A DNA stretch of 64,000 nt. It comes from a virus. Both the position numbers and the translations under genes were made by a program. This document shows positions 26,313 through 36,406 of the stretch, one piece after another; position 1 is the first letter of the stretch, and the number at the start of each line of letters is the position of its first letter. The notes under the pieces were generated by a model, which worked only from the letters and a program-made list of their open reading frames with translations, ran no database searches and had not been told where the DNA came from. The stretch spans positions 1 through 64,000 of the IMG/VR virus record IMGVR_UViG_3300037264_004923. One strand, written 5' to 3'.

Positions 26313-28043
26313 ATGTGTGGTATTGTAGGCATCATTCAGTACGAATCTCGGGTCGATCGAGTCGTTCGCGCGAAGGCCCTGAGGATTCTGTTCTCGGACA
26401 TCATGCTGCTCACTGAGCCTCGAGGAGATGACGCAACCGGCATCTACCAAGTTCACGCCGACGGCGATTGGATGATGGCCAAGAAGGGCCAGAAAGTCTC
26501 CCAGTTTCTGTACGAAGTTGAGGGTAAAGATGACCCGATCACGTACAGCGACTTTATGAGGACGTGGGACCAGCATGAAATGGAAATGACCGCCCTAGTA
26601 GGTCATTGCCGCAAGGCCACTGTGGGAAGCCGTGGACAGAACAACGACGACAATCATCCCTTCGCTGTGCAACTAGACGAGCGGAACGCCATCCTAGGTG
26701 TGCACAACGGTACGCTGACCAACCACGAGACCATCTTCAAGAAGCTGACCTGTCAGCTTCCTCGACAAGGCGGTGTCGACAGCGAGTCCATCTTCCATCT
26801 GATGTACGAGGAGACGGAGAAGGGTACGAAGCGCATGACCGGGGACATTCTCCGCAGAATGGGAGAAAGAATTGACGGAGCGTACGCCGTGGTCGCGGTC
26901 AATACACGCTTCCCGAATCAGGTATCCGTGTTTCGAGAGGGTCGACCGACAGAAATGATCATGGTTGCCCCCCTCAACATTGTCATTCTGGCTTCGATGA
27001 AGAAGTTCGTCGAAGAGGCTCTGGCGAAGTACGAGTTCTTCCGGCGAATAATGGATCCCAGTCTGCCGGCTCTCACAACAAACGATCGGATGTTGCCGGA
27101 GCGCGACTATCGAATCTTCGACACCACGCTGCCCTTCCCCACTGGCAAATTGGAATGGGCCGATTTCGATGCCATCTCCGAGAAGGGAGAAATGAGGAGA
27201 CTTACCAATTCTATTCTGGAGGATTGGAAGCCCGAGACGAGCTCACCTTCCAGCTTATATTCAGGCGGCCATCACGGCGGATACAGCTCTCATCAAGGCT
27301 TCCACAGGGCTACGGGGACTCCGCCAGCTCCTGCAGCCGCGACTGTACCCGCCGAGACAACCACCCCGGTATCGCCGGCGGCTCTATCTGGGGTGCGTGC
27401 ATTGCCGGCTTGTATCAAGAAGCCTGAGGAAATCACCAAGGTTGATGCAGAGATCGTCTTTGGAGAGCCCACCGAGGAGGAAGCGACCAAGGCCTTCCAT
27501 CAAGTAGTATCCCTAGGACTCTGCGTGAGCTACGATTCCACGGGAGAGGTGGCGAAGGCACTGGATAAAACTGAGTCCGAGATCAACAAGACGCCGATCT
27601 CGGAGATTGCAAACGAACTGTCGAAACTGCACTTCAACTTTGGCTATGCCATGGGAGCCATCGATTCCAAGGCGTCCAACGAAGAGGTACGAAGACTCGG
27701 CCGCCAGCAGCTTCAGAAGATGGAGAGGTTGGCCGAAAAGCAGAAAAAGGCAGAGAAGCACATCTGGGAGTTGAAAAGTCTCATTCAAATCGGAATCGCG
27801 CTAGCCGAATGTGGTTTTCCGATCAGCGAGCGGAATGCCAAGACGGTGCTTCAGTCCTTCAAAGCTCTTCCGGCTGGACGTGCTGGGGATGTGGAGAAGA
27901 TGCTTCACAGTGTATTGGAAGATAAGGCTGCACAGAAGACAGTGCGAGACTTGGTTTCCAAGCTGAAGTCTGCCGCGCAGCGACAAAAGCTGAAGAAGAA
28001 AGAGCGGGCCTCCAAGGCCGATCAGTCCTCCACGTCCGAGTAG
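26313..28043 (+). CDS. Class II glutamine amidotransferase with long C-terminal extension
   Basis: MCGI, RGDDATG, GHCRKAT, NHPF, HNGT, VDSE; low-complexity linker and coiled-coil tail. Confidence 0.9.
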   Translation: MCGIVGIIQYESRVDRVVRAKALRILFSDIMLLTEPRGDDATGIYQVHADGDWMMAKKGQKVSQFLYEVEGKDDPITYSDFMRTWDQHEMEMTALVGHCRKATVGSRGQNNDDNHPFAVQLDERNAILGVHNGTLTNHETIFKKLTCQLPRQGGVDSESIFHLMYEETEKGTKRMTGDILRRMGERIDGAYAVVAVNTRFPNQVSVFREGRPTEMIMVAPLNIVILASMKKFVEEALAKYEFFRRIMDPSLPALTTNDRMLPERDYRIFDTTLPFPTGKLEWADFDAISEKGEMRRLTNSILEDWKPETSSPSSLYSGGHHGGYSSHQGFHRATGTPPAPAAATVPAETTTPVSPAALSGVRALPACIKKPEEITKVDAEIVFGEPTEEEATKAFHQVVSLGLCVSYDSTGEVAKALDKTESEINKTPISEIANELSKLHFNFGYAMGAIDSKASNEEVRRLGRQQLQKMERLAEKQKKAEKHIWELKSLIQIGIALAECGFPISERNAKTVLQSFKALPAGRAGDVEKMLHSVLEDKAAQKTVRDLVSKLKSAAQRQKLKKKERASKADQSSTSE

Positions 28044-28064
28044 TGCTTCACAATCGAGGAAAAC

Positions 28065-29330
28065 ATGGGAAGAAAGATAGAGCTCCGACTCTTAATCTCG
28101 CCCTCGATGTCAGAGAAGAAGGAAGAGGGGATTATTCGGTTCCCTCTTCGAGCTCGCTCTCACTTTGGCTTTTCCGACAATTGCGTATCTATTGGCAAAG
28201 GAGGCGCAGAGCTCTACCTGTCTGTCAAACAGGCCTATAAGCATGACGTTCAGCGCATTCAGAAAATGCTCGCAACCAAAGAATTACCGCTTGAGGATGT
28301 TATCAGAGTAGGCTTCGTCACCCGGTCGGTGCATAGAAAGCTGAACCAGAAAGAAGGAAGTGCTTGGATCACCAATGGGATGGGAAACATAACCATTGGG
28401 TGTGACCCCGAATTCGGATTGATCGATCCGACCACAAAACTCTTGGTGCGAGGCGACAAGGTTCTTCCAGGTTCCATCCAGCACAAGTTCGGAGCCGACG
28501 GTCCTGGCGTGGAGATCCGCCCAGATCCTCGCAGAGACCACATCGGCGTAGTGGAGAACATCCGCAAATCGCTGGAGAATCCTCCAGAGGGTGCCGATAA
28601 ATACAAGTGGATCGGAGGCGCCACTTATCACGATAAGAACCGATGCTATTGGTTTGGTGGTCACGTACACTTGGGTCGCCCGGACAGCATCGATGCAGAG
28701 ATAGCCGGAGCATGCTACGAGAAGATTGCGGTTGTGCTCGATCATCTGGTGGCTTTCCCGATGGTTAGCTTCGATACCCCAGAACCGAATAAGCGAAGGA
28801 ACGGATGCCTGCATCAGTACGGGAAAGCTGGAGATATTCGAGCCAACTATCCCGAAGGAAATAGATTCGAGTACCGAGTACTCAGCGGTCTTTGGCTGGT
28901 GCACCCTGCCCTCGCACGTATCGTTCTAGGAGTTTCCAAGTGCGTGGCGGAGACCGCGTACGAAAGAATCATACACAACAACAAGGATCTGGAATACATT
29001 CAGGCCCCGGGCTCCAAGAAGGGCCTCCTCCGAAGCTTCGGTCTGAAGGGCTTCAAGGAGAAGGCCTCCATTATCAACAACGCGAATCCAGAACGCCTCA
29101 CAGAGGAGTCCATCTCTGAGTGGGAGCATCAACTGATGAGTTTGGATCGTGCCGATGAGTATAAGGAAGAGCTAACTGCTCTTGTGGAAATCGTCAAGGC
29201 TTCGCCAGAGAATGTCGTTCCTCAGTTGGATCTCGACATTCGAAACGCGTGGCAGAACAACAAACCGCTTCTTCCAGAAGCTTCCGCTTCCCTACGCAAA
29301 GCGTTGGACGCGGTGGAGAACAAGAAATGA
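28065..29330 (+). CDS. phiEco32-like COOH-NH2 ligase type 2
   Basis: IGCDPEF, GADG..VEIRP, GGHVHLG, RR..YGKAGDIR, FEYRVLS.LWL. Confidence 0.88.
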   Translation: MGRKIELRLLISPSMSEKKEEGIIRFPLRARSHFGFSDNCVSIGKGGAELYLSVKQAYKHDVQRIQKMLATKELPLEDVIRVGFVTRSVHRKLNQKEGSAWITNGMGNITIGCDPEFGLIDPTTKLLVRGDKVLPGSIQHKFGADGPGVEIRPDPRRDHIGVVENIRKSLENPPEGADKYKWIGGATYHDKNRCYWFGGHVHLGRPDSIDAEIAGACYEKIAVVLDHLVAFPMVSFDTPEPNKRRNGCLHQYGKAGDIRANYPEGNRFEYRVLSGLWLVHPALARIVLGVSKCVAETAYERIIHNNKDLEYIQAPGSKKGLLRSFGLKGFKEKASIINNANPERLTEESISEWEHQLMSLDRADEYKEELTALVEIVKASPENVVPQLDLDIRNAWQNNKPLLPEASASLRKALDAVENKK

Positions 29331-30430
29331 ACGGATATGTCTGGTACTCCTTTGGCTCGGACACGACTGGTCCGAAGTTGGCAGAGGCTCTAGGTTTCAA
29401 GTCGGGCAAGAAGACCCCGGATGTGTCTCGATTCGAGGTGGTTCTCGGTTGGGGTTGCAAACTAGGCGAGAAGTACGACGCCGAGCTCTTCAAGCAGCGG
29501 ATCCAGTCCGGAGCCCTGCGGGTGCTGAACACCCCGGAGACCGTCGAGGCAAACCGCGACAAGCTCGCGATGCTGTTGCGCCTCCAAGCGAAGAAGGTAT
29601 CGACTCCCGGTCTCGTCAGCTTGGACAAGAAGGACCCGGCGATGTGCGTGATGTCTCTGGATCTCGCCCTGAAGAACGGCGTCCTAGCGTACCCCATCGT
29701 GGGCATGTCGAGCATTCACAAGGGCGAGCCGTTCTTCTGCCACACGCGTGAGGACGTGGTCATGGCCGTGGTAGAGATCGTGAAGCAGACTGGTGCCTTC
29801 TACTTTCGCTCTCTCTGTGCGGGAACCGAGTACCGGATCCACGTGCTGCGGGATCAGGCGATCCTCGCCCAGATCAAGGCACCCGCCAAGAATCCTCTCG
29901 AGGCTACCGTGAAGTCGATGCTCGATGATCTGAAACATGGCTTCGAGAAGGAGGAGAAAATCGGCTTCCCAGTACCCGATGCGCGGGCCCAAGAGTGGAT
30001 CGTCAAGATGTTCGCGCCGGAGATGCTACGTGGTCCCTCACAACTACTCCGCAGCACCAATCGGGGATGGTCGCTCGAAGACTGCCCTCTTTCCACCGTT
30101 CCGGCCTTCGTTGTCACGGAGGCAATCAAGGCGATCGACGCCTCTGGTCTCGATATGGGGGTGGTCAGCCTCGTGATCGACGAGAAGGTAGCGAGGGTGA
30201 CCAACATTACCACGTCGCCGGCCCTCTCTGATAAGCACTTGGCGGCCTACGTCTCGGCGATCAAGGATTTCGCGGCGGCCGTGAAGAAGCCTGCCAAGGC
30301 AAAGACAGCGTCGGCCCCGTCCGAGATCGACCAAGCTCCGCAAGAGCTCATAACGCGCCTGAACGCCGCGATTCGCGGACTCAGCCGCAAGAAGGCGGAG
30401 GCTGTGCTCAGCGTGCTCGGCGAGGAGTAG
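29327..30430 (+). CDS. ATP-grasp fold protein (RimK/phiEco32-like, divergent)
   Basis: LN.PE.V..NRDK, EYRIHV, AIKAIDASGLDMGVV, TNITTSPAL; ATGA overlap with the upstream gene. Confidence 0.7.
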   Translation: MNGYVWYSFGSDTTGPKLAEALGFKSGKKTPDVSRFEVVLGWGCKLGEKYDAELFKQRIQSGALRVLNTPETVEANRDKLAMLLRLQAKKVSTPGLVSLDKKDPAMCVMSLDLALKNGVLAYPIVGMSSIHKGEPFFCHTREDVVMAVVEIVKQTGAFYFRSLCAGTEYRIHVLRDQAILAQIKAPAKNPLEATVKSMLDDLKHGFEKEEKIGFPVPDARAQEWIVKMFAPEMLRGPSQLLRSTNRGWSLEDCPLSTVPAFVVTEAIKAIDASGLDMGVVSLVIDEKVARVTNITTSPALSDKHLAAYVSAIKDFAAAVKKPAKAKTASAPSEIDQAPQELITRLNAAIRGLSRKKAEAVLSVLGEE

Positions 30431-30433
30431 TTC

Positions 30434-30946
30434 ATGAAGTTCCTACACACACTTGGTGTTCTGGATCTGTCCGAACAGGTCGCGAGTTTGATCAACGCCT
30501 ACAACGGGCTATCCTTTCGCCGTACGGCGATTGACGTCCGTGACGGCAAGGTCGACTATGTGGTGGAGACCCACGGCAAGTGGGTGATCGGCTGTTGTGG
30601 TTATGAGAAGCTGGGACATCATCTCACCGAGATCAAGCATCTCACAGTCAGCAAAGACTGGAGACGCAGAGGAGTTGGAGGATTCTTGATCAAGAGTGTC
30701 CTCAATCTTTGTGAGACCCCGGCTGCTTTCTCCACTGTCAGAGAAGATAACAAGTCGAGCTTATCTCTCTTCCAGTCCCAAGGCTTCACCCCCGCGCTGT
30801 CTTACAGCGCAGAAGGGCATGAAGTTATTCTTCTTACTCGAGTGAGTCCTAAATGGCAAAAAGTGAAAACAGATTGGAAGCTCGGATCGTTCGACGATCA
30901 ATTCCTGTTGACAAGCGAAGGGATACTCCCTGGGTTGAAATCGTAA
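30434..30946 (+). CDS. GNAT-family acetyltransferase
   Basis: EIKHLTVSKDWRRRGVG motif A; N..SL.LF...GF. Confidence 0.9.
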   Translation: MKFLHTLGVLDLSEQVASLINAYNGLSFRRTAIDVRDGKVDYVVETHGKWVIGCCGYEKLGHHLTEIKHLTVSKDWRRRGVGGFLIKSVLNLCETPAAFSTVREDNKSSLSLFQSQGFTPALSYSAEGHEVILLTRVSPKWQKVKTDWKLGSFDDQFLLTSEGILPGLKS

Positions 30947-32004
30947 AGCTCGGTAAGTCTCAGGCAGGAATGCCGTATTTGTACGTTCGCACTAATCCAG
31001 GTAGTAGCGACCGAGCCGATATGATTTTCATCAAGACTCATCTCATCATGAGTGTCCGGGCGGGCGACGTGATGGAGGACTTCTCCACAGCCGACGAAAC
31101 CCAGAATGAAGCCGTACAACTCATCGCAGAGTTCCTAGCGGACGAAGAGGGTTTCCAATCTCTAGAAGCGGAAAGGAAAGCAGACGTGGGCGAGGAACAA
31201 CTCGGACCCCGAAGAATAGAACTCGTGATCCAAGAAAAGAACACCTCAAGGACTCCTGCCGTTCAGAAAAGGATCGTCGTTACCTCTTTGCTGGAACCGT
31301 CCGGCAAATTCGCAAGCTACTTTCTTACGGGAAGAGAGTGGAGAAGCCTAGAGAAGCGGGATCTCAGTAAGATCAGAACGACGACCAACTCGGATGCAGT
31401 TGACATTCTGGAAATGTTCATCTACGACGCGGGTTCCATTTACAAGGAAGAGCGGGAACCTTTCAGCACTGAGATTACCAAGCAGCAAACAGCGTGGAGA
31501 CGGGCTTGTCGCGAGTTCAATCGCATCGGCGAGCCAGAAAAGATGCAACTCGACGCTTGGGATGGCATTGTAGGAATGCCTCCTGTAGTAATCAAGGCTG
31601 CCACCTCGCACTATCCTGATATCGATTCCGACGATTTCGAGGTATATGGCTACAGTGGTTGGATGCCGCGCACCCCTTCCACCTACAAGCCAAGTCCTCC
31701 CCACAAGGCCTATTTCCGTCGGGCAGGAGACAGCGTGGGTTGCGAACTCCTTCGCAAACATGAGGAGAACCTTCTGACTGCCAAGCTGGAGATCGTGGTG
31801 GTTTCTGATCCCGTACCGGAAACTGTGCCTGCAGAAACCAGAGAGGATGCGGAGGTATCCAAATCGAACCTTCCGATCGTCTTCACGCCAGAACCAGATT
31901 TCCGACAGTGCTACTGCGGCATGGCTGGGTGTGATAACTGCCACTTGACTTCTATCTTGACGGGAATCAACAAAAAGGAACATCGCCGCTACGATATTCA
32001 CTGA
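30853..32004 (+). CDS. Hypothetical protein
   Basis: 383 aa with C-terminal CxC..C..C. Confidence 0.65.
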   Translation: MAKSENRLEARIVRRSIPVDKRRDTPWVEIVKLGKSQAGMPYLYVRTNPGSSDRADMIFIKTHLIMSVRAGDVMEDFSTADETQNEAVQLIAEFLADEEGFQSLEAERKADVGEEQLGPRRIELVIQEKNTSRTPAVQKRIVVTSLLEPSGKFASYFLTGREWRSLEKRDLSKIRTTTNSDAVDILEMFIYDAGSIYKEEREPFSTEITKQQTAWRRACREFNRIGEPEKMQLDAWDGIVGMPPVVIKAATSHYPDIDSDDFEVYGYSGWMPRTPSTYKPSPPHKAYFRRAGDSVGCELLRKHEENLLTAKLEIVVVSDPVPETVPAETREDAEVSKSNLPIVFTPEPDFRQCYCGMAGCDNCHLTSILTGINKKEHRRYDIH

Positions 32005-32010
32005 TTTCAT

Positions 32011-32039
32011 TTGACTTATACGAAGGGAAGAGTTATTCT
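32011..32039 (+). promoter_or_regulatory. Sigma70-type promoter upstream of ruvB
   Basis: TTGACT-17 nt-TATTCT. Confidence 0.55.
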
Positions 32040-32060
32040 TACTTCGAGGAGGGATGTATA

Positions 32061-33092
32061 TTGATTACCTTAAGTTCTTTTATCGGCAACGAGGATCTAA
32101 TCAAACTGCTGAGGATATCGGTCTCAGCTGCCCGGCAAAGAAATACTTCTCTACCGCACATCCTTCTGAAGGGACCTGCGGGTACGGGCAAGACCACTCT
32201 AGCGGAGGCCATAGCCCGTGAGTTCGGAACCGAACCCCTAGCTGTGACGCCAACCACGGCGAAGAAGAGCGAGGACCTACGGAAGCTCTTTCTAAGAATG
32301 CCTGGAGCGGGATACGACAACAAAGGCACAGTGATAGGAACTATTCAACCTCAAATCGTGTTCTGTGATGAGGTGCATCAGCTGCCTCTACTGGCCCAAG
32401 AAAATCTTGGTATCGCCATGCAGGATTGGCGACTGCCTGTACGGCTAAACGGGAAGGATGTCTTTGAATGGGTTCCCCGCTTCACTCTGATCGGCGCAAC
32501 TACCCGACCAGGTAAGCTTTCCAAACCCTTCTTGGACAGATTCCGAATTCAGTCTGATTTCGAGACCTACAGCTTGGAAGATACGATGAAGATCGTGGAG
32601 GTCCATGCTAAGAATCAGGGTCTGATTTTGGAACCTGGAGTGAAAGAGTCCATCGCTAAGCGGTCTCGGGGAGTAGCGCGCCTTGTGGTACGCTTCTTGG
32701 ACAGAGTTGCTGACGCAGCGGTGGTAGCAGCGCAGGGAAGAGAAGAACTAAAGAAAAGAATTTCCTTGGACTTGGCAGAGACCATGCTGAAGCATTTCCT
32801 GAAGGTAGATGACAGGGGTCTTACCAAATCGGACATCAAGATTCTGATCCAGCTTTCCAAGTTGTCTGCTCCAGTAGGATTAGATGCGCTGGCGGTCGTT
32901 GCCAATGAGGACTCGGCAACTATTCAGAACACCGTTGAGCCTTACCTGATTCAGGAAGGGTTGCTAATGAGAACCAAACAGGGTAGGATAATAACCGACG
33001 AGGGAAGGCGCTACCTTCTATCCAAGGGACACGCAGATAAACAAGATGACGTAAGCCCCCTGCGCCTTATCGCTTGGGAAAATGAACAGTAA
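32061..33092 (+). CDS. ruvB: Holliday junction branch-migration ATPase RuvB
   Basis: GPAGTGKTTLA, DEVH, FTLIGATT, DRF, VEPYLIQEGLLMRTKQGR. Confidence 0.95.
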   Translation: MITLSSFIGNEDLIKLLRISVSAARQRNTSLPHILLKGPAGTGKTTLAEAIAREFGTEPLAVTPTTAKKSEDLRKLFLRMPGAGYDNKGTVIGTIQPQIVFCDEVHQLPLLAQENLGIAMQDWRLPVRLNGKDVFEWVPRFTLIGATTRPGKLSKPFLDRFRIQSDFETYSLEDTMKIVEVHAKNQGLILEPGVKESIAKRSRGVARLVVRFLDRVADAAVVAAQGREELKKRISLDLAETMLKHFLKVDDRGLTKSDIKILIQLSKLSAPVGLDALAVVANEDSATIQNTVEPYLIQEGLLMRTKQGRIITDEGRRYLLSKGHADKQDDVSPLRLIAWENEQ

Positions 33093-33714
33093 ACCAACTA
33101 TGACCAGAAAATGCAGGCGCGGCAAGCACCTAATGACGGAGGAGAATACGTACCACTACGTTTATCCTTCTGGAAGAGAGGTGTTTCAATGCAGAGCTTG
33201 CCGCATGACTAGATCTGACGAGTGGTCAAAGAACAACCCAGAGAAGAAGAAGAAGAGCGACAAAAACTGGGCGGGTAATAACCCCCTAAAGAAACAGGTG
33301 AATCGGGTGCGCTGGGCAAAAGACAACCCAGGCAAGACGAAGACCAGTAGGTATGCTTGGGATCTACGCAACCCAGAAAAGAGAGCGGGGGCTAGATCTT
33401 CTTGGGAAGTCCGTAACCCGGAATACTCACGAATCAAGCAACATCGGCGTCGAGCTCGAAAGCGAAACCAGATGGGTGCGTGGCCGATGCCAGAGGTTGA
33501 GGCTATCAGGTTACTGTGGGATGAGCAATCAGGCAAGTGTGCTTACTGTAGCGAGACTTTGGGTTCTGCTTATCATGTGGACCACAAAAACCCGTTAGCA
33601 CGGGGCGGACTACACGGGTACGAAAACATCTGCCTCGCTTGCCCAAGATGTAACTGGGAAAAAGGACTTATGACAGATCAGGAATACCAAAGCAGCAGGA
33701 GTACCTCGAGATGA
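33082..33714 (+). CDS. HNH endonuclease
   Basis: CAYC..HVDHKNPLARGG.H...NICLAC.RCN.EK; N-terminal W..NPEK repeats. Confidence 0.92.
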   Translation: MNSKPTMTRKCRRGKHLMTEENTYHYVYPSGREVFQCRACRMTRSDEWSKNNPEKKKKSDKNWAGNNPLKKQVNRVRWAKDNPGKTKTSRYAWDLRNPEKRAGARSSWEVRNPEYSRIKQHRRRARKRNQMGAWPMPEVEAIRLLWDEQSGKCAYCSETLGSAYHVDHKNPLARGGLHGYENICLACPRCNWEKGLMTDQEYQSSRSTSR

Positions 33715-34541
33715 GTAGCAGCGATATGTCCTACCTGAAGGAGCACCTGAAAGGGCCCATCCTGAAGATCACGGACCCCAGAGAGCACAGCACAGAGGAC
33801 ATTCTAAAGTCCTACTTCAGAGAGATACTCGTCATCGCCCGGAAGTATACTCGCCCATCCGTGGAATTCGAGGACTTGGTGGTCGAGGGGCTCATGGGTC
33901 TTTTGGATGCCATCAAGCGCTGGGACCCGATAAAGGCCGGTACCAATCTTCGCTCCTTCCACAACTTGGCCATCGTTCGCATCAAGAGCAACATGTTCGA
34001 CTATTTCCTAGCGAACAACACACTCTATACCGTCCCGAACTACATGGGGCGCGCCATGTCTTTGATCGAACAGATCAAGAATCTGGTGGCTGGATACGAG
34101 TATCCAGGGAATGCACAAGAAGTTCTTCTGAACTACGAGCACGAAGGATTCGAGAAGCACGCTCCAGCCGATTACGTACGCAAGGTGCGGACTCTGAAGG
34201 AGAAGTTCCTCAATCTCGCGAAGGGATTCGACAAGTCTTACGAGGAGATGATTCGAGGCGTCCTCAAGATCCAAGAAAACATCGAGAGCTTCGAGCAGGG
34301 AGAGGAGGAATTCATGTCCTCTCCTGAAGAAATCGCAGGTAAGAGGGAGTATCTGGATAAGATCTTGAGCGTTCTGAAACCTAATGCTCGGGACGTGATC
34401 ATCTCCCTACTCGAGGGGGAGACTCTGGAGAAAGCGGGGGAAAAGCAGGGCTTCACCCGCGAACGGGCACGGCAGATCCAGAAAGAAACTCTGGAGTTCC
34501 TGCAAAAGACCCGGATGTACCGAGATGCCCTCGATGAATAG
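33711..34541 (+). CDS. Sigma70-family RNA polymerase sigma factor
   Basis: Region 2 IARKY..FEDLVVEGLMGLLDAIKRWDP; region 4 TLEKAG...GFTRERARQI. Confidence 0.92.
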   Translation: MSSSDMSYLKEHLKGPILKITDPREHSTEDILKSYFREILVIARKYTRPSVEFEDLVVEGLMGLLDAIKRWDPIKAGTNLRSFHNLAIVRIKSNMFDYFLANNTLYTVPNYMGRAMSLIEQIKNLVAGYEYPGNAQEVLLNYEHEGFEKHAPADYVRKVRTLKEKFLNLAKGFDKSYEEMIRGVLKIQENIESFEQGEEEFMSSPEEIAGKREYLDKILSVLKPNARDVIISLLEGETLEKAGEKQGFTRERARQIQKETLEFLQKTRMYRDALDE

Positions 34542-34591
34542 AGAAGCAACTGATCCACTCTACGGAGTACGGATCAAAAGAGAGGCTAAAG

Positions 34592-36058
34592 ATGAAGCAA
34601 CTGAAGGCCCTTCGGGAGCTGGAACAGCAGCTCGGGGCGGAAGTGTTTCTCGCAGGCGGCGGCGTGCGCGATCTACTGCGAGGACAAGAACCAAACGACA
34701 TTGATGTAGTTGTACGGAATGTCGTACCAGCAGACTTTGAGGGATTTCTTCGGGAGAGAGGAGATCTCGCACTAGTTGGTAAATCGTTTGGCGTGTATAT
34801 CTTCCGTCCGAAGTTCAGCAAGACGTCGGTGGAAATCGCTTTCCCTCGAACCGAGGTGAGCACGGGAACGGGACATCGAGAGTTTTCCGTTCATACCGAC
34901 CCTATGATCTCTTTGGAGGAGGACTCCAAGCGTAGGGACTTTACTCTGAACGCCATGTACCTGCCTTTGTCGGCAATCCCAGAAGATGGTTTCGAAATCG
35001 ACGGCCGGGCGGTCATCGATTTTCACGGCGGACTGGAACATCTCCACCGGCGGCTGATCGTGGCCGTAGGTCGTCCAGAAGATCGGATTCAGGAAGACCC
35101 CCTGCGTATGCTTCGAGGCATAGTGCTAGTCGCGCGGACAGGGTACCGCTTGGATGGCAACACCTTCGGCGCCATCAAGCAATATGCCGATCTGATCCGT
35201 TCAGTCGCAGCAGAACGAGTGCGTGACGAGTTCGTGAAGCTCATGGAATCCGAGAAACCTTCCAGAGGCTTCAAGACCATGGCGCGCACTGGACTTCTGG
35301 ACTACATTCTTCCTGAGCTGTCAGCCTGTATTGGCTGCGGGCAGAACCCGAAGTATCATTCCTATCCGGTGTTCGAGCACCTAATTTACGCCACGGACGC
35401 GGCGTGTTCAATCACCCAACGATTGGATGTTCGCTTCGGCGCCCTCTGTCATGATCTGGGGAAGGCCCCGACACGTCAGGTGCGCCCTGGAGGGAATGGA
35501 CCAGACGACGTATCGTTCCACAACCACGAGATTGTATCGACCAAGCTCACCTACGCCTTCATGAAGCGTATGAAATTCCCCAAGGATTTCATCGAGGGTG
35601 TGGTTCAGCTGGTGCGATACCACCAATACAAGTACGATCGGGCGTGGACGGATAAGGCGGTTCGTCGCTTCATCCGCAATGCCTCGATTACCAAGGAGTA
35701 CTTGGAAAATCTGGACAGCCATCCCCAGTTCTTGGTCCGTCAGGCGGACCGCATGGGGAACGAGCTGAAGGCGCACCTACCCGTCACCTCGAAGCAGAAA
35801 GATTTCCAAGCGCGGATCGTCGAGATCTACAACTCTTCCTCAGCGCACAGCCTTCACGACCTCAAAGTGAATGGTGAAGATCTGAAGAAAGAACTGAAGT
35901 TGTCCCCTGGTCCCACCATCGGCAAGGTTGTTCGCTTCCTTTTCGAAGTGGTGGAAGAAACTCCAGAGGTCAACAATCGAGAGGACTTGCTCAAGATCGC
36001 ACGCAAGTTCTTGGAGGAGAATCCAAATGAAAGTGATCACACTGCTGGGGAGGTTTGA
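34592..36058 (+). CDS. cca: Class II tRNA nucleotidyltransferase (CCA-adding) with HD domain
   Basis: AGGGVRD..DID, RRDFTLNA, EDPLRMLR, ERVRDE, HDLGK. Confidence 0.9.
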   Translation: MKQLKALRELEQQLGAEVFLAGGGVRDLLRGQEPNDIDVVVRNVVPADFEGFLRERGDLALVGKSFGVYIFRPKFSKTSVEIAFPRTEVSTGTGHREFSVHTDPMISLEEDSKRRDFTLNAMYLPLSAIPEDGFEIDGRAVIDFHGGLEHLHRRLIVAVGRPEDRIQEDPLRMLRGIVLVARTGYRLDGNTFGAIKQYADLIRSVAAERVRDEFVKLMESEKPSRGFKTMARTGLLDYILPELSACIGCGQNPKYHSYPVFEHLIYATDAACSITQRLDVRFGALCHDLGKAPTRQVRPGGNGPDDVSFHNHEIVSTKLTYAFMKRMKFPKDFIEGVVQLVRYHQYKYDRAWTDKAVRRFIRNASITKEYLENLDSHPQFLVRQADRMGNELKAHLPVTSKQKDFQARIVEIYNSSSAHSLHDLKVNGEDLKKELKLSPGPTIGKVVRFLFEVVEETPEVNNREDLLKIARKFLEENPNESDHTAGEV

Positions 36059-36064
36059 AACAAA

Positions 36065-36406
36065 ATGAATGTGATAACTCTAACTCCCAAGGCTGTAGAA
36101 GCAGCCACAAGATGCCTGGCGAAGGAAAGGGAAAAGAACCCCGAAGCTAACCAAGCAGGTTTAGGGATCTCTGTCATAGGCGGCGGTTGCTCTGGCAAAT
36201 CATACTCCCTGTCGTTCAGGAACAGGCGCGAAGACGATACCCCACAAGAGTATGTGGGCGGCTTATTCATCTTCATAGATCCAAAATCCGCCGAAATCCT
36301 GAAAGGCGCTACTCTCGAATTCCACGATGGTCTCGAGAAGTCAGGCTTCGAAGTTATCAATCCACAAGCAGAGTCCACATGTGGTTGTGGAAAGAGTTTT
36401 TGCTGA
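36065..36406 (+). CDS. iscA: A-type Fe-S carrier (IscA/SufA/HesB)
   Basis: GGGCSG and C-terminal NP...TCGCGKSF. Confidence 0.95.
   Translation: MNVITLTPKAVEAATRCLAKEREKNPEANQAGLGISVIGGGCSGKSYSLSFRNRREDDTPQEYVGGLFIFIDPKSAEILKGATLEFHDGLEKSGFEVINPQAESTCGCGKSFC

Noticed and set aside
7300-35776. Long antisense ORFs (for example 7300-8019, 9904-10680, 16037-17101, 18065-18862)
   Set aside because: They are shadows of well-supported + strand genes, with no motifs of their own.
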